Assembly: GCF_006345805.1 (NCBI RefSeq)
Contig: NC_043002.1
Span: 104,470,001 to 104,534,000 of the forward strand
Direction: 5' to 3'
DNA: 64,000 nt
DNA from: Octopus sinensis
Taxonomy: Eukaryota
A model generated the notes under the pieces. It searched no databases. It was given only the letters and a program-made list of their open reading frames with translations, and was not told the DNA's origin. The translations under genes and the position numbers were made by a program. The first letter of the stretch is position 1. Every line of letters starts with the position of its first letter. Shown here in pieces: positions 37,950 through 51,960 of this stretch.

Positions 37950-38088
37950 GTAGATAGATAGATGGAGATTCATGCATACATACAAACATATATATATATT
38001 ATATACACATACATATACATACATGTATAGTATATAAATAGATGCATACATATATATTATATATATATATATAATATATATATATATG

Positions 38089-38129
<41 letters not shown>

Positions 38130-38522
38130 ATATATATGTATATACACATATAAGTGTGTGAATGTGTGTCTATTTGTGTGTGTGTGTGTTTTTGCGCCTA
38201 CGCCTGCATGTGTGTGTATGCGTGAGCGTGTAACTTTAGGAATACATACGTATATGAATACATACAAATATTAAATCAAAACTAATGATCTTTAAATTAC
38301 AACAAGAAATTGCTTCACACAATTATCTTCATATAAAATTCATTCATTTAATTTTTCCCTCCTCTTATGAGCATATCTGCTCTCACTGTTTCGTGGTTAT
38401 ACAGTGTCTCACATTCTATCCATCTCGTCTTCCCTCTCTACGCACGCGGGCGTGTACGTATTATATATATATTGCTATATTTGCATTTATATATGCATGT
38501 GTGTATATATATATATATATAT

Positions 38523-38627
<105 letters not shown>

Positions 38628-39152
38628 ACACACACATTCCGACGTATATTCTTACATGGATGCTTATATTCATACGTGCATAGATACTTGCGTGCATACA
38701 TACATATGCGTGCGTATGTTATTCTTGATTTGGAATTGGATTTTTTTTTTTCATTGAATTGAAGAATTCTGACTGATTTATTCAACTGGAATGAAACAAT
38801 ACATTAGCTGGAATCTTGAAAAATATAATGAATTCGTGTTTTATTCTTAAAAAATAAAACAATAAAAACTAAAAAAAATAAATTGGAAACAAAGGGGCGT
38901 TAGCTTCTAGAAAAAGGGGAAAAAATATGAATACAGCAGCAATTAGTAGCAAGAATTCATTTCCCGAAAGACAAGCTATTTTAATAAGACCACAAACATA
39001 TCATTCACAAAAATTCCCCCACACCAAGTACATTTTTTTAAATATAAGATTCTATGCAATTACATATGTATGTAAAATTCCGTACCTACATATGCCTCTG
39101 AGTTTGTGTTTGTATATGTCTGTGTTACTGTAAGTTGCAAGTTTGTGCATAT

Positions 39153-39198
<46 letters not shown>

Positions 39199-39218
39199 TG
39201 ATAGATAGATAGATAGAC

Positions 39219-39260
<42 letters not shown>

Positions 39261-40632
39261 TCAGACAGATAGATAGTGATTCATACATACATACTAACAT
39301 CTGTATATAGGCAGATAGATCGATCGATCGATCGCTAGATATATAGATAGTGAGAGAGAGAGTGTGTTACTCTGAAGTATATTTAGTGTGTCCCTGTGCC
39401 ATGTAGAATGTGTGGATGCAAATTTAAGATGGTGTATCGTTCCCTAAGTAGCAATGTTCAAACATGCGTGTTCGTATATGCCTATAGATATGTACTGAAG
39501 CGTATAGGTATGTGTAATGCCAACGTTTCAATATTTGAATATTTCATACATTACATGCATAAAACATATATGCCTGCAAAATATAGATGAATTTTAATGC
39601 ATCTATATTTGAACCAATATTACTCTCCTGACAAGCCAGTTCACACTTTGCTGTATATGTATCGCAATTTCTATATGGGATTTAACTTTATTTTTCCTTT
39701 CCATACTTACCACCTCTCCAGCTGCGTATACATGCAATCCTACACATACACAAACACATGCATTTACATATATAACAATAAAAACAACGTATGCTCTGTG
39801 TGTTTGTGTGGTGCGTGTATGAGTGTGTGTGTGTGTATGTCTGCGTGTTTGTTTGTGTATGTGTATGCGCGTAATACATGCATAAGTTTCGATATTCGTT
39901 TTATCATATTGATGTATTGAGTTAGAGTTTCTTGTCTGAGCGTTTGTACACCGTTCCTCACCTGACACGAACACGAGTTCCTTTTCTATATATGTCATCT
40001 TTTTCTAAGTAGTTATGGATTTGGCTAGTTCCGTGTGTGGTTGCTTAGCTTGTATACTTATGCTTTATCCTATGTCATCAGAGTCAAACAATGATTCTCA
40101 TTAAAGCGAGAGAAAAAAAAGCGAATTATTTTCTACATCATAAAAAATAAATCAGTTTTTTTGGTAAGATTTCGTAATCACAACTCACATAAAAGTATAC
40201 AACTTTTCTTTTCATTTAGCATATATTCGAAAATATTGGTCCGAAAATCGCCGGAATATGTTTCTGTTTGGGTAGGGGCATCAAACTGCAAGTACAAAAT
40301 GGCATTTATGAATTTGTGATGTGATGTCGTTTGTTGAAACAGATGTTATTGTGTTTTGGATGGTAATTTTTTTGCAAATAAACACACACTATGAATTCGT
40401 TCTTCACTCGATAATCACACTTCTCATTTTTACTCATGTCCATTGCCGTGAAATCTATCGTCACACATATGTGAGGTCACACATCTATGACGAAAGATTT
40501 CTGGACAATGGGCGTGAATTGCAATAAGACCAGTAATAAACGAGCGAAGAACGAATATATAGTGCGTGTGTATATTTGTCAAAAGTATAAATCATCGTTA
40601 AATACAACACCGCATATATATCTCTCTCTACA

Positions 40633-40695
<63 letters not shown>

Positions 40696-40737
40696 ATATA
40701 TATATATATTATATATATATATATTATATATATATAT

Positions 40738-40785
<48 letters not shown>

Positions 40786-40878
40786 ATATAATATATATAT
40801 ATATATGTATATACATCTATATAAACATATATATATATATACATATATATATATATTATATATATTTAAATATATATA

Positions 40879-40910
<32 letters not shown>

Positions 40911-41802
40911 GTATACGCACACATACATATCTATATACTTTTATCCTGTGGATAAATGAATTGCATATTAATTCTATCCTTATCTGTTTTAATCCTCATA
41001 GAGAAATGAACAGATAAAACTCATTTATCTTTTGTTTTTCCATGCAAGATGAACGATAATGCAGACATACAAGGAAACAAAAATTTAATTAAAACTTACA
41101 TTAGCTGCTAACCATATTCTAAATAGCTTGGAATAGCATTCCGGTCTTCAGTTGTGAAAATAATTGTAATTATATATTAAACTGACGCATTATATTCTTC
41201 TTCTGTTCCGTTTGGATGTCCAGATTTTGTTTGACTTTCCACGAGACTCACACCAATGCCAAGGAATACGAAACAAATGTACAAGTAACTAACAGCTTCA
41301 TTATGGTTAAACGTATTAATGTTGTCAATATGAATGACAGAAATACAATTATAGTTTTTTTTACGTCTGTAGCTTGTAATTAACGTCTTATTCTATACAT
41401 AATATATAGTCAAGAAATAAGTTACTATTTATAATGTATTACAGTCTGTTTAACAATTAACTAGCTAACTATGTAACTTGCTAATTAACGGTGAATACAC
41501 TTACTGATGAGGTTTGTCCAAAATGAAACAAACGTTTAAAAAGTGAAATATTTTTTGTTGTATTGCAATCAGACTTCACTCTGGAAATAATTCCTTCTTT
41601 TTTTGCTATACTTTGGAACGCATATTAAGGTATTGGGGCACTTATGATGTTTAATATATTACGAAAATATTTTTTTAAATGAAATTTATTAGTATATATT
41701 CATTCAGTTTGCGCTGCATGAGAAATAGAGTATTTTGCGATATTAGATTAGTGATAACGATTTGGGTCAGCATATGGGTGATAATTATTCCTACATAAAC
41801 TT

Positions 41803-42037
41803 AAGGCAGCGAGCTGGCAGAACCGTTAGCACGCCGGGCGAAATACGTAGCCGTATTTCGTCTGTCGTTACGTTCTGAGTTCAAATTCCACCGAGGTCGA
41901 CTTTGCCTTTCATCTTTTCGGGGTCGATAAATTAATTACCAGTTACGCACTGGGATCGATGTAATCGACTTAATTCGTTTGTCTGTCCTTGTTTGTCCCC
42001 TCTATGTTTAGCCCCTTGTGGGTAATAAAGAAGCAGA
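41803..42037 (+). mobile_element. SINE family A, full length
   Basis: aaggcagcgagctggcagaaccgttagcacgccgggcg...ccccttgtgggtaataaagaa. Confidence 0.92.
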
Positions 42038-42671
42038 TAATTATGCCTAGATAAATTTTGTTGGGATGAGGAACTTGTATTGTAAATCGAAATACATGGA
42101 ACAGTAGCACAGAACCTACTTGTTTATTTATTTTTCTTCTGTCCCTTATGACCCGAATCTCGAGATGACTCATAAACGTAATCTAAACTGTAATAACAGC
42201 GGTCGAGAAAATCGAATATTAAATAGACCGGAATCTATCTTCAGAAAATTTAAGTGGAAATGTTTTTTTTAAAAAGCGACTGGTGGCTATGTGTTCACAT
42301 TTAACATTTGGTGCTAGCAAAATTTGTAAGGAAGCAAAATGCTTCGAAAATACGTGCGGTAAACATCGCTGCAAATTCGAAATCTAGAAACCGAGATGTA
42401 ATGATACAGAAACATCATTCCTGTCATATTCCAAAACAGGGTGGATGAGATTAGAGTATGTTATGGATGATACATCAGTGGATGAGCACTGGAAGTTGGT
42501 TTCGAAAAGATGTTTGTTTTATGAATTCCCTAAATAAAAGAAAACAGAACACAACACTTACAGTGAATAACAGTAAGACGCGCTTACAGTTTTGAAAAAT
42601 ATTTTATAACACTTTTTATGTATCTACCTGCCATTCTACCTACCTATCTAACTATCTATCTATCTATCTAA

Positions 42672-42715
<44 letters not shown>

Positions 42716-42728
42716 ATATCTATATATA

Positions 42729-42915
42729 TATCTATCTGTCTGTCTGTTTGTCTGTCTATTTATCTATCTATTTATCTATCTGTCTCTCTGTTTGTCTATA
42801 CATATATAAATATATAATATATATTTTTATTATTATTTGAGGGAATAAAATCCAAACTTACAAGGAAAAAAATTCAATTTAGAAATACTAAATCAAATTC
42901 CACACAATATAATAT

Positions 42916-42975
<60 letters not shown>

Positions 42976-43170
42976 CTATATATATATATCTATCTATCTG
43001 TCTGTCTGTTTGTCTGTCTATTTATCTATCTATTTATCTATCTGTCTCTCTGTTTGTCTATACATATATAATATATATATATATTTTTATTATTATTTGA
43101 GGGAATAAAATCCAAACTTACGAGGAAAAAAATTCAATTTAGAAATACTAAATCAAATTCCACACAATAT
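42729..43170. repeat. ~260-bp direct tandem duplication spanning a microsatellite and unique sequence
   Basis: tatctatctgtctgtctgtttg...gagggaataaaatccaaacttac...caaattccacacaatat occurs at 42729-42910 and 42991-43170. Confidence 0.9.
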
Positions 43171-43173
43171 ATA

Positions 43174-43240
<67 letters not shown>

Positions 43241-43881
43241 ATATATATATACATATATATATATAAATTTTAGAAAAAAAACACCTTTTATCGATTCAAA
43301 ATTAATTATTAAATTACACCATCTAGAAATTACATATAATAGAAAAGTTAAAATTAAAATAACAATAAAAAGTAAAGATTAAGTAAATTATAAAAATAAT
43401 AAAAATGTATATAATAGGTAGAAAAACAATATATATATATATATATATGCATGTATATATATATGTATATATGTATATATATATGTGTGTGTGTGTGTTT
43501 GTATCAATACGTATATGTGTGTGTATGTATAAATATATGTTACAACGTATTATATATTAGATACAATTCATAGATATAATATCATTTTACGCATCTCATA
43601 GTAGTTTCTAACATATTACGATGATGAACTGAAGCTCTGAATTAATTGGAAGGAGTGATCTTATAAAAAAAATCCTTTGATATGTGGGCACATGAAAACC
43701 GGTTCCGTGTACCTTGTGAACAAGTAAGTGGGTATCTGGAAAACAGAAGGACATTGGAAGGAATCTGAAGTACGAAAATAGCTGTGTACATTGCTTTCAT
43801 AGAAGCATGTTGTTTCTAGGTTCAATATATAATACCTGGTTCGTATCTAGTTTGGGGAAAGACGGTAGCTATTCGTGGCTT

Positions 43882-44118
43882 AAGGCGGCGAGCTGGCAGA
43901 AACATTAGCACGCCGGGCGAAATGCTTAGCGGTATTTCGTCTGCGTTACGTTGTGAGTTCAAATTCCGCCGAGGTCGACTTTGCCTTTCATCCTTTCGGG
44001 GTCGATAAATTAAGTACCAGTTACGCACTGGGGTCGATGTAATCGCCTTAATACCTATGTCTGTCCTTGTTTGTCCCCTCTGTGTTTAGCCCCTTGTGGG
44101 TAATAAAGAAATAGGTAG
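43882..44118 (+). mobile_element. SINE family A, full length, low divergence
   Basis: aaggcggcgagctggcagaaacattagcacgccgggcgaaatgcttagcggtatttcgtc...gtgggtaataaagaaataggt. Confidence 0.93.
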
Positions 44119-45656
44119 TTATTCGTGAGAGATCGTGAGATGCTGAAAAAGCTTCAACGTCTACTTGACAGAGGAAGTTTATAGGGTATATTCTAAGGGC
44201 ATATTGTAATTCCTTCATGATTATGGGTTTACTGCAACATCCCGGTTGTTCGTTAGGATTCATAGTCGGTGTGGGTTAAAGCAGGCCACAGTGTGCGCAT
44301 AAACAATCAGAATGAATCTCTTTTATCACCCATAGAGTTCAGGATCATGGGAAAGAGCGATAATGTCGGAAATGGAAAGACATCCTGTGCTTGCTTGAAA
44401 AAGACTACAGAGCTTATTATGGCTGTAGAAACAAACACCCTGTGGAGATAGGTGCATGGGTAGGTTTCACCAGAATGTGGGGTATTGGAAGTTGGGATGA
44501 AACAAAAGTATACAGTATTGCGGAATGTCCTACATTGACCCAGGAAGAATAGCAGAAATGAAAACGTAATGGAACTGGGAAAGTTTTACACTAGAAGCTT
44601 TGCCAAAAATGCGAGTTTGATGCAGTAAGCTCAGGGTACGATAATCGATCAGAAAAAATATTTGAATCGGAGAGTTGCAAGATATTGTAGGATTTACCAT
44701 TTCCTACTGACTAATCGACTGGGACCATTTCATTCGAGGAAAAAAAGCTACTATCTCTTAAGGTCTGCGATCACGAGAATTTGGAAATATTGTGACTTTA
44801 ACAGAATCATGTTTCTCTGATTCTGGTCTCCTTCACATACACTGTTTCACTGCAAATCATAAATAGAGACCGTAGTAAAAATGCCCAGCTTCCTGTTAGG
44901 TGTGGTCATTGGAACAGCTCTTATAAATCAAAACAGCAACAACAACATAAATAACGAATATGATGGTGATGAAGGTGATGATTGTGATGATAATGATGAT
45001 GATGAAGACGACGACGACGATGATGATGATTGTGATGATGATATTAATAATGATAGTAACAATATTACCATACATGTTATGTGATGTGTATAGTGTCATA
45101 TATAATTTTATGCTCTTTTTTTTATTCTATCGCATGTTATTCTGATACATGAGGTAATGAATAATTTATTAGTTCTCCAACGACAGGTAATTGAACCCTA
45201 ATTAGAAGCATATATCCAAACCAATGGTTATAGTGTACACAATACCGGATAAAGTACAACTGTCTTCACTGTGTCTCTACAAGAACAGTTGATGCTCATA
45301 GATATCCAAGATTTATATTTGAAGTGTTTAATAGCAAAACAAGTCTCCCAGTTTATTTCGGTAAGGTGGAGAAATTCGGCATTTCAGCGAGGAAAAACAA
45401 TTAAGATTGGATAACAGAACTCAATTAGAAGTGAAAACCAATCTCTCTAAGACCTAATTAGTGTAAGAAACTTAAAATAACCATTTCTTCTATTAACTTG
45501 TTTACGTCCAAATATACGATTCATCCAACTTGATTTCCAAGTAAAACTCTACTAAAAATAAAACTGATCTTAATTTAATTTTTTGTATCTTTTTTTTCTT
45601 TTTTTTTTCGTAAATTTCTTTTCCAGATTCTAAATGTCGCTTCAGCAATGTCATCC

Positions 45657-45842
45657 ATACCTATTTCTTTATTACCCACAAGGGGCTAAACATAGAGGGG
45701 ACAAACAAGGACAGACATAGATATTAAGTCGATTACATCGACCCCAGTGTGTAACTGGTACTTAATTTATCGATCCCGAAAGGATTGAAAGGCAAAGTCG
45801 ACCTCGGCGGGATTTGAACTCACAACGTAATGCCAGACGAAA
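45657..45842 (-). mobile_element. SINE family A, headless unit
   Basis: atacctatttctttattacccacaagggg...gaactcacaacgtaatgccagacgaa; the head is absent. Confidence 0.88.
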
Positions 45843-46020
45843 CAACCTACGCCACCATCACTAACACCACCCACAGTGTCGAAACGACGACGACGAACAG
45901 CACCACCACCACCACCACCTACGCCGCCACAGCCACCGCTATCACCGCCAGCATGTTCACGAACATTACGGAAACGACGACAACCACCACCACCACCACC
46001 ACCAACAGCAACAACATCAA

Positions 46021-46395
46021 GTGGAGGCGCAATGGCCCAGTGGTTAGGGCAGCGGACTCGCGGTCGGAGGATCGAGGTTTCGATTCCCAGACCGGGCGTT
46101 GTGTGTATTATTGAGCGAAAACACCTAAAGCTCCACGAGGCTTTGCAGGGTGTGGTGGCGACACCTGTTCTACTCTTTCGCTCCAACTTTCTATCACTCT
46201 TTCTTCCTGTTTCCTCTCCCCGACTTCCTACGCAACCGCTGAGCCGGGATGCGCATTCATCCATACGCCGATGCTCTCGGTGTCGGGGGTTGACCTGCTT
46301 TCTCCTCTGCGGGTCTTACGAATAGCAAAGGACCACGTTTCGGACTTCTCCCATCTTGCGAGCTCTGGGATGAAGACCGTTCGCTCAACAGCAAC
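46021..46395 (+). mobile_element. SINE family B variant with alternative 3' end and (AAC)n tail
   Basis: tggaggcgcaatggcccagtggttagggcagcggactcgcggtc...cgattcccagaccgggcg head; diverges from the 54841 copy after about 46210. Confidence 0.85.
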
Positions 46396-46399
46396 AGCA

Positions 46400-46816
46400 G
46401 CAACAGCAATAACATCAACAACAACAACAATAACAACTCTCAAGAATATCATCATTTACAGAGTAGTTTCAAAAACAACAATAAGAGCAGTAACAATATT
46501 TTCGTCATCATTGTCAGCGTAATCATTATCACCATCATCATCATCATCACCATCACCATCGTTGTCGTCGTAGTCGTCGGCGTCGTCATCATCATCATCA
46601 TCATCATCACTCACTGTCACTTGTCATCATCACCGCCCATCGCTAGCGCCACACATACGCCGCCAACAAAAACAAAATCCCGTCACTGCACAATCACAAC
46701 CAGCAGCAACAGCTGCAACATCGCTACCACCACCACCACCACTACTACTGCTAGTACTACTACCACTGCTGTTTGTGCTACTACTGCTACTACTACCACT
46801 GCTGTTACTGCTGTTG

Positions 46817-46853
<37 letters not shown>

Positions 46854-46894
46854 CACTACTACTACTATTACTGCTGCTGCTGCTACTGCCACTT

Positions 46895-46943
<49 letters not shown>

Positions 46944-47098
46944 TACTACTGCTACTTCTACTATTACTAATACTACTACTACTGCTACTACTGCTACTAC
47001 AACCACTGCTGTTACTGCTGTTGCTACTACTACCACTACTACTACTACTGCTACTGCCACTACTACTATTACTACTTCTACTACTGCTGCTTCCGCTA

Positions 47099-47134
<36 letters not shown>

Positions 47135-47137
47135 TTA

Positions 47138-47204
<67 letters not shown>

Positions 47205-47612
47205 TACTGTTGCTGTTGTTGTTTCCGTTGCCGCTAATGCAACAAGTGTCGTAATGCTACTTTTTCTCGCTTGTTAGTAATGTTGATTGTGTTATTGATC
47301 AAAACGTTGTTATAATTAACGCTGTTATTGTTATTGTTGTTGTTGTTGTTTTCGGTGCTGTCCCTCATGAAATCCTACCCGTCACCATAAACACATTGGC
47401 ATCGTTCACGTTATTACTATTATCGCATTTCTTAGTGTCGTTGGCACCGACACCGTTGGAATAACGTTAGAATTATTACGAACACACCGATGCCGGCACC
47501 AAAACCATCATCTTCATCACCATTTACATCCTTCTGTTTTCCCCTCATCATCGTCGTTGTCATCATCATCATCATCATCATCATTCATCATCATCATCAT
47601 CACTATCATCAC

Positions 47613-47643
<31 letters not shown>

Positions 47644-47650
47644 GTCATCG

Positions 47651-47695
<45 letters not shown>

Positions 47696-47800
47696 CCACC
47701 GCCACCACCACCGTCATCATCATCATCATCATCATCAACACCGCAAATCTCATCATTATCATCATCCTTGTTGCCGTTGTTTTTGTTGTTGTTGTTGTTA
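46400..47800. repeat. Large degenerate trinucleotide field (AAC/CAT/ACT/GTT)
   Basis: Directly visible; includes a duplicated block accactgctgttactgctgttgctactact at about 46795 and about 47003. Confidence 0.9.
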
Positions 47801-48492
47801 TCAATTTTAGAAATGTTCTTAATTATTTTCTATAATCATTATGTTTTAATTATTAAACTTCTTTTCCGTCTTCTTTATTTTTCTTTTCTTTTTCTTTTCT
47901 TTGTATCAATTAAATACACATCGGTTTCTATATTCTATATTTTGGCGATTTCCCAGCATGAAATTTACGTCAAGTAGAGTCAGCGACTACACCGGAGGCA
48001 GTTCGCTATTAAAGAATGTATTTATTGAATACACTCACAAACAATAATATATGCACAATCCCTCTTACATATATATATACATGCGCATAAGCACATTACT
48101 CACATAGAAAACAATCGCCCCCCCCCCCACTCACACACACACAAACGCGCGTACATATATAGTTGTATGACGTATATATACACTAGCACGTAAATTAATT
48201 GCAGATTCTAAAATTATATGTATGGATAAATATAAACACGATATATGAGTAAAAGATGTTAGATTTACGCACAATTCTATATGCGTGAACTGACGCCTGC
48301 ATGTAAATACGGACACATCCACACACAAACACACGCATATATATATATACTCACACACACATGTATTTATACACACACACACATATATATATATACATGA
48401 TACATATATATACTTATTGAAGTAGATAAATGAATTATCTTATTACGGATAATTCAAAAGATAACCGATACCTGGGTAGCAAAGTTCCTGGA

Positions 48493-48576
48493 TTTTCCTG
48501 AAGGGAAAGCTGCAAAATGGACTCCTTATTCAATCGGAATTAGGGACTTTGCAGACTTCGAAGCATATGTCGAAAA
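48493..48576 (+). ncRNA. Degenerate long-stem-II type I hammerhead in a pLTR-like element (about 48415-48625)
   Basis: ttttc-CTGAAGG-gaaagctgcaa...ttgcagacttc-GAAGC-atat-GTC-gaaaa. Stems I, II and III pair; two core substitutions. Flanks are homologous to 60275-60345 and 60525-60590. Confidence 0.68.
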
Positions 48577-50844
48577 TAAAATAAAGGAATTTTGTTAAAT
48601 CTTCGTTCAGCTCCATTCTTTTCTATACTTAATATATATAATATATATATATAATATATATATATATAATATATATATATATATATACCCAAATATATCA
48701 ATACACATACACACGCTAAAAAGAGGAAACGACAGCAAATTGTTTCTCCGTAAAATTCCTAAAGAAAGTCTTCTGAGCCTGGAAAATATGGAAAATACCA
48801 ATTCATAACATTAAAGTTCGACTTGCAATAATATTGTCGCTTGAAAAATATCTATAAAGCATTCTTATATTTCATACGATGCTTCATGAAAATTATACGT
48901 GATATATATATATATATGCATGCTGTGACTGACATCTGGAAAAAATTCTGGAATGTCTTGTAACAGATTTTGACATTGGAAGTTGCACAAGCGGGGGAAC
49001 GGTGCGCCACTGCATAGTGACAAAAATTTTAATATTACCATCAGGATAGAGAACCAGATATTGCAACAACTTCGTGTTCGAAGGGCTCATAGCTCTTCAC
49101 CCCCTCCCCCCGACACACACAAAAGGCTTGTGAGACCTACATGGGTGGATGTATCTTTTTCCGAAACTAAACTGTCAAATGTTCCGGATGACGTAACTCG
49201 AAGCAGTGAACTTCGTAGCAGATGAGGAAGCACAATAAAACGCCCTTCTTCAGCTAAAGCCATGTATCCGAAGAGGTTTCTATTACTGAATCATTTCAAT
49301 GAACCCACGAGGAGCGATGTTTGAAGAATACTCTGCTAGCTTAATGCTTTAATGGAAAGAGTAGACGCTGTTATCATTTTGACGTGAGATCTTTATCAGA
49401 AGGAAGAAAAAAGAGTGCTGCCAGCATTGAAACAGTGAAAAGGAGTGAAAATAATTTCTACCGAAATTTTAGAACCAGCCTGGGTGCATTTCAGTTGGGT
49501 ACTAAAGGTATGAGTTTGAGGTGTGTGCATCAATGCAGTTATAAAATTTACCCGGATATAAATTCTGGCATTGAACGGAGTGGTGACTGTGTGAGTGTTC
49601 TACGATGTCCTACTTTGCTGGTGTATGTGCGTAATCGTTCGTCAGGTGGTATGGAAGCATGTATGTGAGGACATGAGGTGCGAGAATGAGAGAGCTATGG
49701 CATTGATAAAGTGTATGAGATGTCAAAAGCAAACCGGAGACATTTTTGGCGTATGTGGAAGTACATGACAAAAGCGTTTACGAGTGTGACACGATGTTTT
49801 TTTAGAAAGTCGCAATGTAAGAAAAATGTATGAAATCTGTGAAGAGAAGAAAAGGCAATGGAATTGGTAATAATGACAAAATGAAAAACAATAGAAAAAC
49901 GAAATGTCTCTAGAATTTGATAGATCATTTAGATGATGGTGAGAAAGTGGTAAAATGAAGAGAGAATAAGTAACTGTAATGAAGAAGTACGGAAGAGAAA
50001 TTAGTTCGTTTAAGAGATGAACGTCCATTTGATATGGAAATGATGTTGGAAGAGTACTGTGGAGGGAAGAAGATAGGTGCACTATATATATAGGGAGAGA
50101 GAGAGAGATAGACAGAGAGGGAGAGAGACAGAGAGAGATAGAGAGAGACAGGGAGATATAGACAGAGTTTAAGACGAGAATATGGCATAAGCATTATAGG
50201 ATTATTAAGAGGGGCATTTTGTTGAATAATTAGGATAAAAATATAACACTACTGCCACGCTTCTTAAGGTATCAACAGAAACGAGATGTAAAAATCTAGT
50301 TACTGTGGGTTTCTCCGTTTCGTGCATAGCGCAAAACTTTATTATTAATAAGTCACGTGATTGCAACTAGTTCAGTTTTTGCATAAAGAATTTAAACACG
50401 AATCCTTTGAAAAATGATTAATGAAGTAATTTTCAATTTTTTATTTTTCTTGGTTACTTTTCGTTAAAAAAAATCGTTTGCAATAATTATTGAGGAATGC
50501 AACGTCCTTGACATATTTCAAAATCTTCTCACGTTTCATTGAATTTGATTCCCACAGAATGGAGAAAGAATCCTTTACAAGCAACATCGTATCTGCGGCA
50601 GCGATGCCTTCGCGTCTTGCTTGCTTCAGATGTAATAATGCAAACAGAATTAGGAATTCTAAAAATATTTTTCTTACCCACTTTTTCCTTCACACGTCTA
50701 TTCACACGCACATGCATACATATATACATATATATATAAACAGACACACACACAAGTACATGTAAACAAACACACACACACACAAATATATATATATATG
50801 ACAATCTTACGTGTATGAATATATATCAGTATGTATATATATGA

Positions 50845-50880
<36 letters not shown>

Positions 50881-50910
50881 TATATATATATATTATATAT
50901 ATATATATAT

Positions 50911-50960
<50 letters not shown>

Positions 50961-50987
50961 CATATATACATATATATATATATATAT

Positions 50988-51045
<58 letters not shown>

Positions 51046-51635
51046 GAATATATATATATATAAATATTAAATATATTATATATATTATATATATATATAT
51101 ACATATATATATATTCATATGTATATATATATGCATATATATATATATATTATATATATATATATATATGTATGCATGGTGTGTGTGTGAGGTGTTTGTG
51201 TGTGTGTGTGAGTGTGTGTGTGTGTGTGTGTGCATTATATTAGGAAGACGGAGAAAGGTAAATATTTGCTTGAAAAACTATTAAATTAACCTGTGTTTGA
51301 ACTATTATTATTTTTAATTTTGTTATTACTTATAATTCTTTATTTATTAATTTATTATTTAGAAATAGATCGTTATTGTCATTGTTCTCTACTCAATGTA
51401 AGCCAACCACTGTTTCGTTTATATTTCCGTTTGTATAATTTTATTTTCATTTTGTATTACCACAAGCGCATGCGCTGCTTTGTGGAGCTTTTTAATCACG
51501 ATCATTTTTAGTTTCTTGTTTCAATTCCTTTCTCTTTCTATTCCCTCACGGTTTGCTTTTTCTGCTTCATTTTGGTATTCCTCACACACACACACACACA
51601 CACACACATATCCTTCAAAGATGTTACAAAAGTGT

Positions 51636-51960
51636 AAGGCGGCGAGTGGGCAGAAATGTTAGCACGCTGGGCGAAATGCTTAGCGGTATATAAGCACTTC
51701 GCCCATCATGCTAATGTGCCTGCCAGCTGGCCGCCTAGCGGTATATATTCTGCCGTTACGTTCTGAGTTCAAATTCCGCCGAGGTCGACTTTTTCTTTCA
51801 TCCTTTCGGGGTCGATTAAATAAGTACCAGCTACGCACTGGGTTCGATATAATCGACTTAATACGCTTGTCAGTTTTTGTTTGTCCCTTCTATGTTTAGC
51901 CCCTTGTGGGTAGAAAAGAAATAGGTAATTCGTCTGCCGTTACGTTGTGAGTTCAAATAT
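51636..51960 (+). mobile_element. SINE family A with an internal inverted head insertion and the start of a second tandem unit
   Basis: Head 51636-51691; inverted head copy 51692-51736; body to about 51925; then aaataggtaattcgtctgccgttacg. Confidence 0.85.

Noticed and set aside
46325-46365. gga-gaag-tcc-GAAAC-gtg-GTC on the minus strand of the SINE-B variant tail
   Set aside because: No CUGANGA core upstream and stem III does not fit; more likely a LINE-derived 3' stem-loop.
46621-47277. Thr-rich mucin-like ORF
   Set aside because: It is an (ACT)n field open in several frames, with no start context, splice evidence or non-repetitive domain.
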